DNA of 64,000 nt from Epithemia pelagica (Eukaryota; Protista; Bacillariophyta): NCBI GenBank assembly GCA_946965045.2, contig OX337237.1, positions 496,001 to 560,000 on the forward strand. Direction: 5' to 3'. The notes beneath the pieces are model-generated. The model had not been told where the DNA came from. It did no database searches and was given only the letters and a program-made list of their open reading frames with translations. Positions 48,708 to 59,945 of the stretch are shown here, piece after piece (within the stretch, counting starts at the first letter, position 1; each line of letters opens with the position of its first letter). A program made the translations under genes and the position numbers.

Positions 48708-50912
48708 ATGGTACGATCGTTTCGTTCCGGGTGCCAATTTGGTGGTATCATTGATCTCGGGTGGTGTTACTGTTATGGTGGTGGATATTGGCATGGCGAG
48801 GCTGAACAAAATATCTCCATGATGCGATCCTTCGAGCAGACGTCCTTCGGGACAACCACGTCTCCAATAAAAGGTGGCAGCCACCGTGTCGTCACTATGG
48901 TCGTCGTCGTCGTCTGCTGTAGTGGTAGTTGCATCGCCAGGGTCATCTGGTTGCTCTTGTGGTGGACCACACGGGCGTGAACGACGACGATGCCTCACCA
49001 AGGTGCGCCATTCATACAACTCGTGGACCGACACGAGGCCACTGACACTGGCATGTATGGCGACGGTGCTCCATCGTTTGCGCAACTTTTTGTATCGACC
49101 CTTGTCCTATTTCGTCTACCCATTTTGGTCTATGGTCGTTGTTGGGTTGTGGTGGTTTGGTTCTTGGTTCCTGGGTGCTGCGGCAGCTTCTATTCCCCCA
49201 GCAAGACGTGTGTGTATATGTATTTGTATGTATGTATGAAGGTTGTTGTGGTTGTGGAACACAACGTTCTCGGCGGACATTCCAGTCGATGTGGTGGGCG
49301 ATGCAACACGTTTCTCTTGTCGTGCTTTCGGTTGTTCTCTTCTTGTTCAATCTCTTTGTTGATCGGTTCTCTTGTTTGATCTCTTTTGCTACGCAGAATC
49401 CAGGTGCTACATGACAATAGGACTACAAAAGTTTCAAGTTTTATGTCATGTTCTGCTCTGTTGTTTTCTTGTTGCGTGCTTGTTGCCCCGCCCCGTACAG
49501 ACCATACGGACTCCTTGCAAATTCTATTTTTCAATTTTCATGGCTGCATCCCATTCCTCCACCAGTCTCAACAGACTGCTGGTGCATGCGGAGAGTCTCC
49601 CACTCTTGCTGTGAGCCTTTCAAGGACCATTGAACGGAATACCGATGTTTGGACAATCATGGTTGAAGCCCTGTGTGGTTTCTCGGGAGACATTTTTGTT
49701 TCAATTGGCATTGCTGGACGACCTACAATGTGTTTAGCTTGAAAGCAGTGCCTTCACCGAACATCCATCTAGGTAGGGAAGTATGAAACAACTGTAACAC
49801 ATCTCTTTCACGGGTGGCTTGGATCTGTTCTTGGAAGCCAACCGCACATGTACGATGGCGAGCGACATTTGACTAACAGCAATCATTTATCGCAAGATTT
49901 ATCAAACTCTCAGTGGCACCCAATCCTTGTTAATTCCCAACAAACCAACAAATTACGTTGAGCATGAAACGCTCTTTTTCCGTTAGCAGTTGAGCGTCTC
50001 TGTGGAGGCCGTTTCCAATCGGTGCGTAAGTTTCGTGCGAACATCTTGGTTGACAAGCTTGACTCGTCCATCTGTGACCCTGAACTAACCATATAAGATG
50101 CCGTTGCCCAGATATCTGATTTGGCAATGCTCCAGGCAAAGGCGCACAGGGCGACCCTATTTATCATTTGTCGTATGCCTCCCCCCAAGCTTTTCACAGC
50201 CAGCAATTTCCAGGGATTCAACTTCGCTACAGACCAATATTGTGGTCGGACAAATGCCTCCAGATTGTTAGCAGGAACAATGAAAATGAACCGATCTTTG
50301 TCAAAGACAACAGGTGTGGCTCGTCGTCGACTTGCAATGCTTGCATTTTTTGTCGCTCTTCTTCCCAAACCTTGGATTCTTCTTCTTCTTTTTGTGCCTT
50401 GCGTCTTTTTCCTGCTTCTTCTCGACGTTTTCGTACTTCGGCCGATTTGGTCATGTTGCGACTGTGATCGTGACAGGTCCAGCGGAGGCTGCTTTCTTGT
50501 TTTTTCCTCTCCTCCTCCACACGGGCAGCGGCAGCCACTGTGGAAAAAGGATCGTGGTTGCTACATGCTGTCGTTCGTTCCTTGTCGTCGTAGTCCTCGT
50601 CATCCTCGTCATCCTCTTCATCTTCGGCCTTCGGCATTTATCGGCCTTTCCGGAATCTCTACGAGGACCAACTCCACGTTTGTTGAATCGTCCCTTGGCC
50701 ATGGTGATGCTGTTGCGGGGATTGCTTTCGGTGGATAGAATGGAACGATATCTGATAGCGTTCATCTACCTGTCGTCGTGGTTGTCGTGACGATGTCGTC
50801 CGACAATGGGAGTAACTCGACTTTGTGGCTTTGAATGTCCTGATGACTGTCGTGATAATGTCGTGATTGTCGAAAAAATGTCGTATTCGCATTGTTAACT
50901 CGTACTCAATAC

Positions 50913-52949
50913 GGTTCAGTGTGCATAGCCACGATTTAGCATAGTATAGTTGTGGTTGTCATCCCTTTGGGCACTCCAAACAAGACAAGGCGAGCGAGCG
51001 AGTTTCCAGAAAGCAACTGCAACAAAACAAAAATTCTCACGGCGACGAACGGCGCCTCCCCCAGCAACACTCTCTCCGACCACAACAAAGCACGCTTGCA
51101 AGCCGCCCTGGCCCGCCTCTCCCCCAGCAACCCCGACGACGCCGAAATCACCACGGGAGCCCGATTTCTTGGCCAACCGATCGGCTCCCAACCCTTTGCC
51201 CGATCCTTCATCCAGAAGCGAATTGAAAAAATCACCAAAGCCACCGCAACCCTGCGACACTTGGACGACCTGCAGACACGGAGTATCTTGTTTAAATACT
51301 CCGCGGTCCCCGCGTTGCTCCACCTTCTTCCTACCGATATCGCCCAGGCCCACCCACAACCCAACCAGCGGACCAGCCTATGGACCAGCCCCACCACAGA
51401 GGCGGTAGACAGGTTGATTGCTACGTTCCTCGCCCAACTGACCTCCACGCCCATGTCCGCCATCCCACCCATGGCACCACTCATAGCCTCCCTCCCTCAA
51501 CGTCTGGGTGGCCTAGGTTACCACCACGCCGCAGCTTTAGCGTTCCCGCGCCTCCTGACACAAACCACTCGGGCCATCCGGTTGGCCCAGTCCAAAGCCA
51601 CCCCGATCCCACCTTCCCACCGTCGCCAATTCCACAACTGGGAACAGAGCAAAAACCCAAGGCTGACACAGTTTCGACGAGGCCTCGCACTCCTGACAAA
51701 GGAGTACGCCGACGCGGCCCTCGTCACCCCACAACGATTCGACCACACAACACACCGTTGTCAGACACACCACATACTGACAACACACATCATTCCCAAC
51801 CTGTTTGAGATCACACCGGCGGAACACCGCATCCACTTACCGGCCCTGTTGTCCCCGATGACGAGTATGGCAATCCACATGCCAAGACCCTCGATCCGAT
51901 TCCGCTTGGCCAACCCTGTCTTCCGCACGGCGATTCGTCGGAAACTCCGGATTCCATTTTTTCTTGCCACCACCACAACTACCCACTCCACATGCCGATG
52001 CCCTGCCCGGCGAATCCTTGACCCAGAAGGGGACCACCTGTTCAACTGCGCGGCCGCGTCAAAAACGGCCCTCTTCAATGCCATTCGCGACACACTTTAC
52101 GACGTGCTGCGACACACGGCACCGCCCGCCAAAGTCGTTGACGGTCCGCACGATGTCCACGTTGAACCGCCGGGTTTGACACCCGACCACAACCGCAACA
52201 TCCGCCCCGCCGACGTGGGCCTCCGACTTGCTCAACCTCACATCAACGAGCCTTTTTCGTATGCCGCAATCGACATCACCGTCCCGCCGCCACAGAAAGC
52301 CGACCTTGCCCTTGACCCGTCCGACCCTCTCTCCATCGCCGCCGCTGCATCCAGGACGCATCAAGACTCCGCAAGAGCAAAATTCTGTCGCGATCCCGAC
52401 ACCGCCCAACATTTACTCCACAACGGCGTTTACCTTGTACCCTTCACCGTCGACCACTTAGGATCGCTGGGTTCGTTTGCCCAGACGCTCCTCTTCCACC
52501 CCGACAAGCACCCACACCCATTCTCCACGGCCGTCCCACCATCCTGGCCCAACCCTCACTTCGGCAAGGCGCCGGCACGAAGCATCCAACACCCGGCGGC
52601 ATACGTCTTGTACCAACAACTCGACCGAGCGCCGCACCACATTTTCGACAAAGCAAACACCGACACCAAATTCCGCGACTATGACGCCAATATCTTCTCC
52701 CTCTCCCATTACGCCAAGGCCTCGCTCTCTCATGCCATCATTTCCGCCCTCGCCATCCATGCGAACAACCAAATCAGTGCCATCCGAGAATCTGCAGTAC
52801 AACGGCGATTCCGCACCACCCAAATGACCAACCTGGCAACCACAAATTATGCTCCAGTGACACCAATCTACTCCCCCCGGTCCCTCTCGGAATTCTTCCC
52901 GGATACCGCCGTACCACCGCTCCTCTGCATGCCCACCGCTGAGGCGTAA
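50913..52949 (+). mobile_element. Uninterrupted 5'-truncated CRE-like LINE fragment (665-codon open frame 50952-52949)
   Basis: Same motifs as 12654-22995, with the empty copia-1 target site. Confidence 0.78.
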
Positions 52950-53290
52950 CCCGTAGTCTAATAACACACCGTAATAGACAGAAAATTCCAAACTCTCTTG
53001 CAACAACTACAAGAACAAAAAGAACAACAACCTTCCTTGAGAGCAAAAGAACCACTCTAAGACAACGACCAACAACGACGAGACACTGCAACCAACAAGC
53101 CAAAAGAGAATCCAACGAGTTCTCCTCCTCTCCCTCTCTTCAACGACAAACCTCCCTCCACAGAACAAAACAAGAACCACTCTCCTTCTCACCACCACCA
53201 AGAGACAAACAACGACAACGTCTTGAGATTCTCTCGAACAACAACCAACAAGTCAAGAATCTATCCACGAAAACACCGATTTCATTCATC

Positions 53291-55495
53291 ATGAATGCTT
53301 TGTTTCTTGTTTTGTCGTTTTGGACGATGCTCTTGCTTGCCGTGTCACCCTGTCACGCTTGGCAGGGGTCGACACCACGAACCGCCACGACCCGTCCGTT
53401 GCACCATCCTGGTCATTGTCGTCGCCATTCCATGGTTGTCTTGTCCATGACTAGCAAATCACCGAAGGTTCCGAAGAATAACGAAACCCTCAAATACTAC
53501 TACGATGAAAAACGGTGGAAAAAGGATGGCCTTACGGATGGTCAAGAGAGGAGCTTAAACGTCAGTTTGGGATACCGAATTGGGGATCTCAAAGAAGACA
53601 GTAATCGAGTCAATTTAATTCAAGAGGAGTTGAAGATCGACTTGCCTCACTTCTTGAAGACTGGCGAAGAAGTCCATCGTCAATCCGTCCCCTTGGACTC
53701 TTTGAGAATGGCTCCCTATGACTTTGGATTCAGCCTGCGCCTTGCTCACGACGAGGACCTGAAAGTTTTCTTGCAAGAATTGGACAAGGTGAGACAATGG
53801 CACAAGGATGCCAAAATCCGTGATACATATCTTTCACCGACCTTGACAATTGTGCAATCAAGTGGAACGGGCAAATCTAGACTAATGATTGAGGCAAAGA
53901 AACAACTTGAGACAAATAAGATTGCATGCCGGACTATTTTACTATCATCGAAGGACCGCGCCAACCTTGAAAAAGATACATTTGACACCTCTTACTGCAT
54001 TCCTGACACCCTGCCTGGAGAAGATGGTTTGAATAAAGCACGAGATATGTTTCGCAATATGATTTTCCATCAATGCGCCAAGGCAATTTCAAAATCAAAT
54101 CCAAATCGGGATCCGCACGAAAATGATCCGACCGAGGTTATTCTGTTTTTCGACGAAGCTCAACACCTGGCAAAGCACGGCGGCTACTTGTTACGAGTGC
54201 TGCGATGGATTCTTCGAGAGAACCCTGAAATTTCTAATGACAAGAAGAAATATCGAATTGTTGCTGTTTTGGCGGGTACAAAGACGTCATTGACCAATTT
54301 TTTCCCCGAAGTTGAGGCACAGTCGTCAGACACGAGAGTTCTTAACACCGAGGGCGCATATTTCGAGAAGGGGGAAACACCGTTTGACCCGTACTTCATG
54401 TTCCGAACGATGGGATGTCTTGCAAACCACCCCGACGTTAGGACTCCTCAAAGCATGAGTGAAAGTGAATACGACAATATGATTCGATATGGTCGTCCCT
54501 TGTTCGCAGCAATGCACAAGGAGAAAAGGTTGGGCAATAACGAGATCTTTGAAATTGCCAACAAGATTATCCTGGGAGATATGACAATGCCTCTGGCGTC
54601 TTGTCTCAGTGTACTGGGAACTCGTATCCAGATGGGACAGACATCTGTTGCCATGGTGTCAAGACTAGTCTCCAAAGGCTACGCTCACTTGACATCGTTT
54701 CAGCAGGCACCAAAGCGGTCTGACGTACCGTCTAAGGCAACATTTACGTTCTTGCCAGACCCTGTTTGCGCCCGGATCTGTATGGCACTCATGGACAAGG
54801 ACTTTGCTATCCAAGGTGGACGGAATGGGAGAGAACGTACGCTTGACGCGACTATCACTGGGAACAAGAAGACCTTTTGGTCCGCTAAGATGGGCGAGCT
54901 TTTTTCGAACAGTATATGCGAGGCCAACAAGGGGGACTACGGCGAAGTGGCATCGGCTTTGTTTTTGTTGTTTTGCGGAGACATTCTTCGCAAGAAGGCA
55001 GACCCTGACTACAAGACGTTTTCAGTTGCCCTGGGTCAATATCTTGAACAGATTGCAAGAAATGCCAATGCTACTGAGGATGATGACCCGACGAACGTAG
55101 AATCAGGCCATGCGATATCAAATTGTCACGTGAATTTCATACAGTTGTTTCAATATAGATTCCACGTTGCATTGTCCGATCTTGGGCGGTCGGAATTTCT
55201 TGAGGGTTTGTACAACAAGGCTTGCGCAATTTACTGTCCAAACAACCAGGAAGCAGCAGATTTGGTGGTTCCCTGCCGATCAATGGCATTGTCAGGAAGG
55301 GTTGAGTACATTCCCATCTTTGTGAGTGTCAAGAACCAAGCTAGCGTGTCTCCCGCGAAGGCGAACGGCTTCCTGTCTGAATCATTGAAGAAACTTCACT
55401 CAGCCGGTATCACAAAAGGTTTGTTGCTCCTGTGTCTCGTTGGACAAGATCGGGAGGATTTGGGACGGTCAGACTATAACAATGTTCTCGGCTAG
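53291..55495 (+). CDS. CR-like NTPase-REase copy 6 (module A), 734 aa, same TAG truncation as copy 3
   Basis: Signal and transit leader identical to copy 3. TAG at 55493-55495; the tail frame runs to 55888. Confidence 0.75.
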   Translation: MNALFLVLSFWTMLLLAVSPCHAWQGSTPRTATTRPLHHPGHCRRHSMVVLSMTSKSPKVPKNNETLKYYYDEKRWKKDGLTDGQERSLNVSLGYRIGDLKEDSNRVNLIQEELKIDLPHFLKTGEEVHRQSVPLDSLRMAPYDFGFSLRLAHDEDLKVFLQELDKVRQWHKDAKIRDTYLSPTLTIVQSSGTGKSRLMIEAKKQLETNKIACRTILLSSKDRANLEKDTFDTSYCIPDTLPGEDGLNKARDMFRNMIFHQCAKAISKSNPNRDPHENDPTEVILFFDEAQHLAKHGGYLLRVLRWILRENPEISNDKKKYRIVAVLAGTKTSLTNFFPEVEAQSSDTRVLNTEGAYFEKGETPFDPYFMFRTMGCLANHPDVRTPQSMSESEYDNMIRYGRPLFAAMHKEKRLGNNEIFEIANKIILGDMTMPLASCLSVLGTRIQMGQTSVAMVSRLVSKGYAHLTSFQQAPKRSDVPSKATFTFLPDPVCARICMALMDKDFAIQGGRNGRERTLDATITGNKKTFWSAKMGELFSNSICEANKGDYGEVASALFLLFCGDILRKKADPDYKTFSVALGQYLEQIARNANATEDDDPTNVESGHAISNCHVNFIQLFQYRFHVALSDLGRSEFLEGLYNKACAIYCPNNQEAADLVVPCRSMALSGRVEYIPIFVSVKNQASVSPAKANGFLSESLKKLHSAGITKGLLLLCLVGQDREDLGRSDYNNVLG

Positions 55496-56682
55496 GAGAG
55501 AACCGATAGCTTGTCCTCATTGAAGTTGGACGATGAGCTAAAGAAAGCCGTATGTAGCAACGTTGACAATTTGAGAGAAAAGCTGGTTCCCAAGATGTTT
55601 TGCATTCATAAAGACGAATTTGGTATCTATGAGGCTGTTATGGCTTCCAAGTCGCAGAAAGCGTTTCAACGAGCCGATGTGTTTACAATGCACCATGAGC
55701 TTTTGCATGAGGAACAAAAAGAAAGTGACAAGAACACCCAGTTGCCGTCCTTTGTATCCTCGTTTAGGAAAGAGCCGAGGGATTTGTATAAGAAAACGTT
55801 GGGTTGCGTGAGTAAGTATTCCACGAGACTGACTGATGTGAAGGAATCCAAGCTAGAGAAGTCTCTAGAGGATGAAGCAAAAGACTAAGTAGAGTATTAT
55901 CGCTGAGATTTTGTCTTTATTTTTCGTGAAGTGACATTTAGTGAGTTTTGAGTTCGAGCAGTATCCCGCATAGGAGGTGACGTACTGGTGTCACTTGAGG
56001 GATCGACGAGGCGCACATCCCGCAGTTGCCGCCCCGCAACTCACTCAAAGCGTGCGAGCTCTTCTAAAGAAAAGCTCGATGTTGCCGTTCAGGTTGACAT
56101 ACATTTCTTCCCCATCGCGTCGTACTCATCTTTGGGTCCTCCTGTCTGGACAACGTGGACTGTGTGGTCATGAAACATCCATGCCAACTGTCCCAATGAG
56201 GTGCCACTCATGCGACCATTTGTTTTTCATCAGGATAACCATTCCTCTCATGCTGAACTCATAGTCTTGCTGGCTTTGGTTTTGCCTCCGCCGACCCACA
56301 GGACAAGTCCAAATCGGCACACATTTCCACGGATTCAGTCAAGGCTTGTTGATCGGCATTCGTCCAGGTCAAGGTGGTAGAGGCATTGCGTAGAATGCGC
56401 CGTCGTTCTTGTTCTTAAGCGACATGCGCATATCCACATTGGAGAGCGACCATCACGACGGTATCCGGGGCCTCTGCGGTTTGGTCCACAACTTGTTGCA
56501 AGACTTGACGTCAGGCGGCTTGTTCCGTGTCATTGCAAACACGGTAGTGTGTCCAAGCCAAGAGAGTTCGATTCTTCATCTCTAGATTTATTGTGGTTGG
56601 CGACATAGGACAGGACGGTCCGCGCCGTGGTGGAATCCAGGACGGTTTCCATGAACAAGGCATGGGCGGGAGTGGCCTGACA

Positions 56683-56958
56683 TGTTGGAATCAAGAATTG
56701 AATCGCTCTTCACGTCATAAGTCGGTCGCACATATGATCTTTGGGATAGAAACCGCATGGGAGGCGGTTATAGCTCACCTAGATCTTGGACGATTACGAT
56801 CACAACTGGCACAACAACAACTCCCATCTTGGACATTACTCTAGTCGTAACTCTCACTCTCTTAAGATTGAACATTTTGCAAACCATTCATCTACGTTTA
56901 TAACTGTATTACTTCTGTGCACAGGAGACCCCATTTGGGCCAATCTAGTGATCCAACA
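56683..56958 (+). repeat. Putative copia-3 5' LTR (about 276 bp)
   Basis: TG...CA with near-inverted ends. The partner LTR is not in the window, so the right boundary is inferred. Confidence 0.5.
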
Positions 56959-57184
56959 TACTAGCTAGTATCGGCGATTGCTCTATTGGTCCTTTGTTGC
57001 AAGAAAGAGAGAAACGAAGCTCACGGGAACAAGAAGAATCAAGGAACTGAGTCGAAACCTTGGATTGTTGAATCAAAATCGGGACAGAACGACCATTACC
57101 GCAAAGGTTTGGGATCGTTGATCGTGTATTGTTGTGTTGTTATCCATCTTGTCTAACTCCAAATCATCTATCAATCTCATCATC

Positions 57185-58321
57185 ATGGAAACCACAAACG
57201 GAGACAAGACAGCAACGGCGGTCAAGGTTCCGTCCTTCTCAGGCAAAAAGGCCGACTATCCCATTTGGTGGATGCGCTTTCGTTCGCATGCACGCGTATA
57301 TAACTTTATCCAAGCTCTGTCTGATACTCCCGATCCTGATCTGCCGGGAACAGAAGACGCAGTCATTGATGATACCACCGATTCAGGAAAGAAACAGAAG
57401 AAGGTATTACATCGAAATGCAATGGCTGTATCGTGTTTGAGTATGGCTCTCCAAGCCGATGACGACCTCAAGCTCGTCATGAAGTCCATTACAAGCGATT
57501 GGCCAGGAGGACAAGCCCACATCATTATCAAGGGGTTGCTTCGCAATTATACGAGTGAGAATATCGCGGCCAAAACGCGAATTCGGCAAGACATCAACAA
57601 GATCAATATGACAGACACCATGAACCCCAAGATTCTTCGTGAGAAGATTTCACAGATTGAAAACAGACACAGTCATGAATTGGGAGACGACGATCTTGTC
57701 GCCATTGTCATCGAGAAGGCTGCTCCGATCGATAGCACGATTGTTGCTGCTGAGCAACGTGCGAAAGGAAGTCAAGTCACTGCCGATGACTTGATCGATG
57801 CAATGATGACTCAATGGAACTTACATCATGATGAAGATGACGACGGCGAAGATGTGACCGAATCGAGCATCGACAGTGGTGGATTGTCGCTTCAGGTGAC
57901 TCCTGCTGTCAAGAATGTCCCTGTTTGCCAAGCTGTTGGCTCTGGTGAACCTCCGAATCCTCAAGTCGTGTGCAACTTCTGTCAGGAACCAGGCCATGGG
58001 TACTACCAATGCCTTTTGCGCCAACAACAACAGAACCAACAGAATCAAGGCACTGCTCTTGCTACACCACAGCAATCATATCATCCGCCAATACATGGGG
58101 GTGGACAGTATCAACGTCCGTATGATCCCAATCGACCACGTCCATACTGCGAAGACTGCAAGGTTTACGGTCATTCAACCAATCGCTGTTGGGAGAATCC
58201 TCAGAACGCACATTTGCGCCCTCCAAATTGGACTAGCCGTCGACAACCAGCACCACAAGCACCACAAGCTCCAACACAGTCTGCACCTCGACAACCAGCA
58301 CCACAAGCACCACACATCTAA
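57185..58321 (+). CDS. gag: Copia-type Gag with two CCHC zinc knuckles
   Basis: VPSFSGKKADYPIWWMRF, RNAMAVSCLSMAL, DWPGGQAH, CNFCQEPGHGYYQC and CEDCKVYGHSTNRC. First ATG is at 57185. Confidence 0.85.
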   Translation: METTNGDKTATAVKVPSFSGKKADYPIWWMRFRSHARVYNFIQALSDTPDPDLPGTEDAVIDDTTDSGKKQKKVLHRNAMAVSCLSMALQADDDLKLVMKSITSDWPGGQAHIIIKGLLRNYTSENIAAKTRIRQDINKINMTDTMNPKILREKISQIENRHSHELGDDDLVAIVIEKAAPIDSTIVAAEQRAKGSQVTADDLIDAMMTQWNLHHDEDDDGEDVTESSIDSGGLSLQVTPAVKNVPVCQAVGSGEPPNPQVVCNFCQEPGHGYYQCLLRQQQQNQQNQGTALATPQQSYHPPIHGGGQYQRPYDPNRPRPYCEDCKVYGHSTNRCWENPQNAHLRPPNWTSRRQPAPQAPQAPTQSAPRQPAPQAPHI

Positions 58322-59035
58322 GGAGGGAAATGGGCCCCGGCGCTTGATTTCCACCCCCAAAAGCGAATTTCTAGAAAAAATTCGCCGAATTAAAATTTTT
58401 TATGCGCAGTTTATTTTTATATGCGCAGTTTTTAACTATAATCCTGCTTTCCCAACTAAATCTGCAAATCTAGGTCTAACAATGCACATTTCTCTAGCTA
58501 GTTCTAGAGATCGAGCTGACTATCACGCGCATGCCACAATTTTAATGCGCACAAGCCCGCGATCAAACCACGAATAACGCGCGCCACACTCCGATAATGC
58601 GCACTACAACTATCTGGCGCGCTCGACCCCCCGAGACGCGCATGACGCAACCCTCATGCGCAAGCGTCTGTCCCCTCACCTTTGAATCACGAATTTCCAC
58701 TCCCACCACATCACACAGCAGCTGCCAGAAAGACTGACGCACATGGATGTCCCAAAGAATGTCTCAGATGGATCCTCCTTCCCAATCACCCAAACCGCGG
58801 GGATTACCAACTCGACACTCTGATCCATCGAACAAAACCGAACAACTTAGCATACTAGTCATTCAACAATCAACGACCACCAGAATCGATGCTCATTCAT
58901 CTCCCTCCACCTCCACCCAACACACCACAACAAACAACAACAACAGCAGCAGCAACAACAACAATCGATCACCCAACGCTATCGAGATTCCCCTGTTCAA
59001 TCCCATTATCTATCCAGCTTCTTTCATCAACCTAA

Positions 59036-59945
59036 CAGCTCTGCCATTCCAATCACGCTACAATTAAAGCGGCTTGGGGCATCTGTCTGATTGTTTCTTG
59101 GTTCCTTTTCAGCCACCTTTTTGTTGCTTGCTTTCTCTCTGCCGAGATTCCCTTTTCAATCCTTTCACCTATCCAACTTCTTTCATCAACCTAACAGCTC
59201 TGCCATTCCAATCACGCTACAATTAAAGCGGCTTGGGGAATCTGTCTGATTGTTGCTTGGTTCCTTTTCAGCCACCTTTTTGTTGCTTGCTTCCTCTTCA
59301 GCCACCTTCACTCCAAAACCGCTGCACCAGAAGAAGAGGAAGAGGAACTCAAGCACGGCCAGAGCATTCGAGACATTGACACTTGCACTATCTTGCAGCT
59401 CTGCCATTCCAATCACGCTACAATTAAAGCGGCTTGGGGCATCTGTCTGATTGTTGCTTGCTTCCTTTCAACCACGACCTTCACTCCAAAACCGCTACAA
59501 CACTTCACTCCAAAACCGCTGCACCAGAAGAAGAGGAAGAGGAACTCAAGCACGGCCAGAGCATTCGAGACATTGACACTTGCACTATCTTGCAGCTCTG
59601 CCATTCCAATCACGCTACAACTAAAGCGGCTTGGGGCATCTGTCTGATTGTTGCTTGCTTCCTTTCAACCACGACCTTCACTCCAAAACCGCTACAACAG
59701 GAAAACAAGAAGAAGAGGAACCCAAGAAGAAGAACGACTACCAGAGCATTCGAAATATTGTCGACATTTGTCCTATCTTTGACACTTGCACTATCTTGCA
59801 GCTCTGCCATTCCAATCACCACGCTACAATTAAAGCGGCTTGGGGCATCTGTCTGATTGTTGCTTGTTTCACTCAGCTCTGTCCTTCACTCCAATCACGC
59901 TATTACAATTGAAGCGGTTTCGGGCTATCTGTTAGATTGTTTATC
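59036..59945. repeat. Imperfect tandem repeat: a conserved ~65-bp core separated by drifting ~90-140 bp spacers
   Basis: The core cagctctgccattccaatcacgctacaattaaagcggcttggggcatctgtctgattgtt starts at 59036, 59195, 59396, 59593 and 59799, with a degenerate copy at 59874. Confidence 0.9.

Larger units (their letters stand above)
1..56682 (+). repeat. Head-to-tail tandem array of six units (about 6.5 kb with 5' module B, about 8.56 kb with 5' module A), interrupted by transposons
   Basis: The same CDS end (gatgaagcaaaagactaa) recurs at 2506, 9067, 25934, 32462, 47319 and 55888. Spacings are 6561, 16867 (8562 after removing copia-1), 6528, 14857 (6562 after removing copia-2) and 8569. Intergenic sequence is near-identical between units. 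Confidence 0.97.
56683..58321 (+). mobile_element. Copia-3: 5' part of a third copia-type element (putative LTR + gag); no pol or 3' LTR in the window
   Basis: Unit sequence breaks at cctgaca|TGTTGGAATCA. An imperfect inverted terminus TGATCCAACA ends at 56958, followed by gag. Confidence 0.75.

Noticed and set aside
59036-59945. CRISPR-like repeat-spacer array
   Set aside because: The context is eukaryotic, the cores are ~65 bp, the spacers are long, uneven and homologous to each other, and there are no cas genes.
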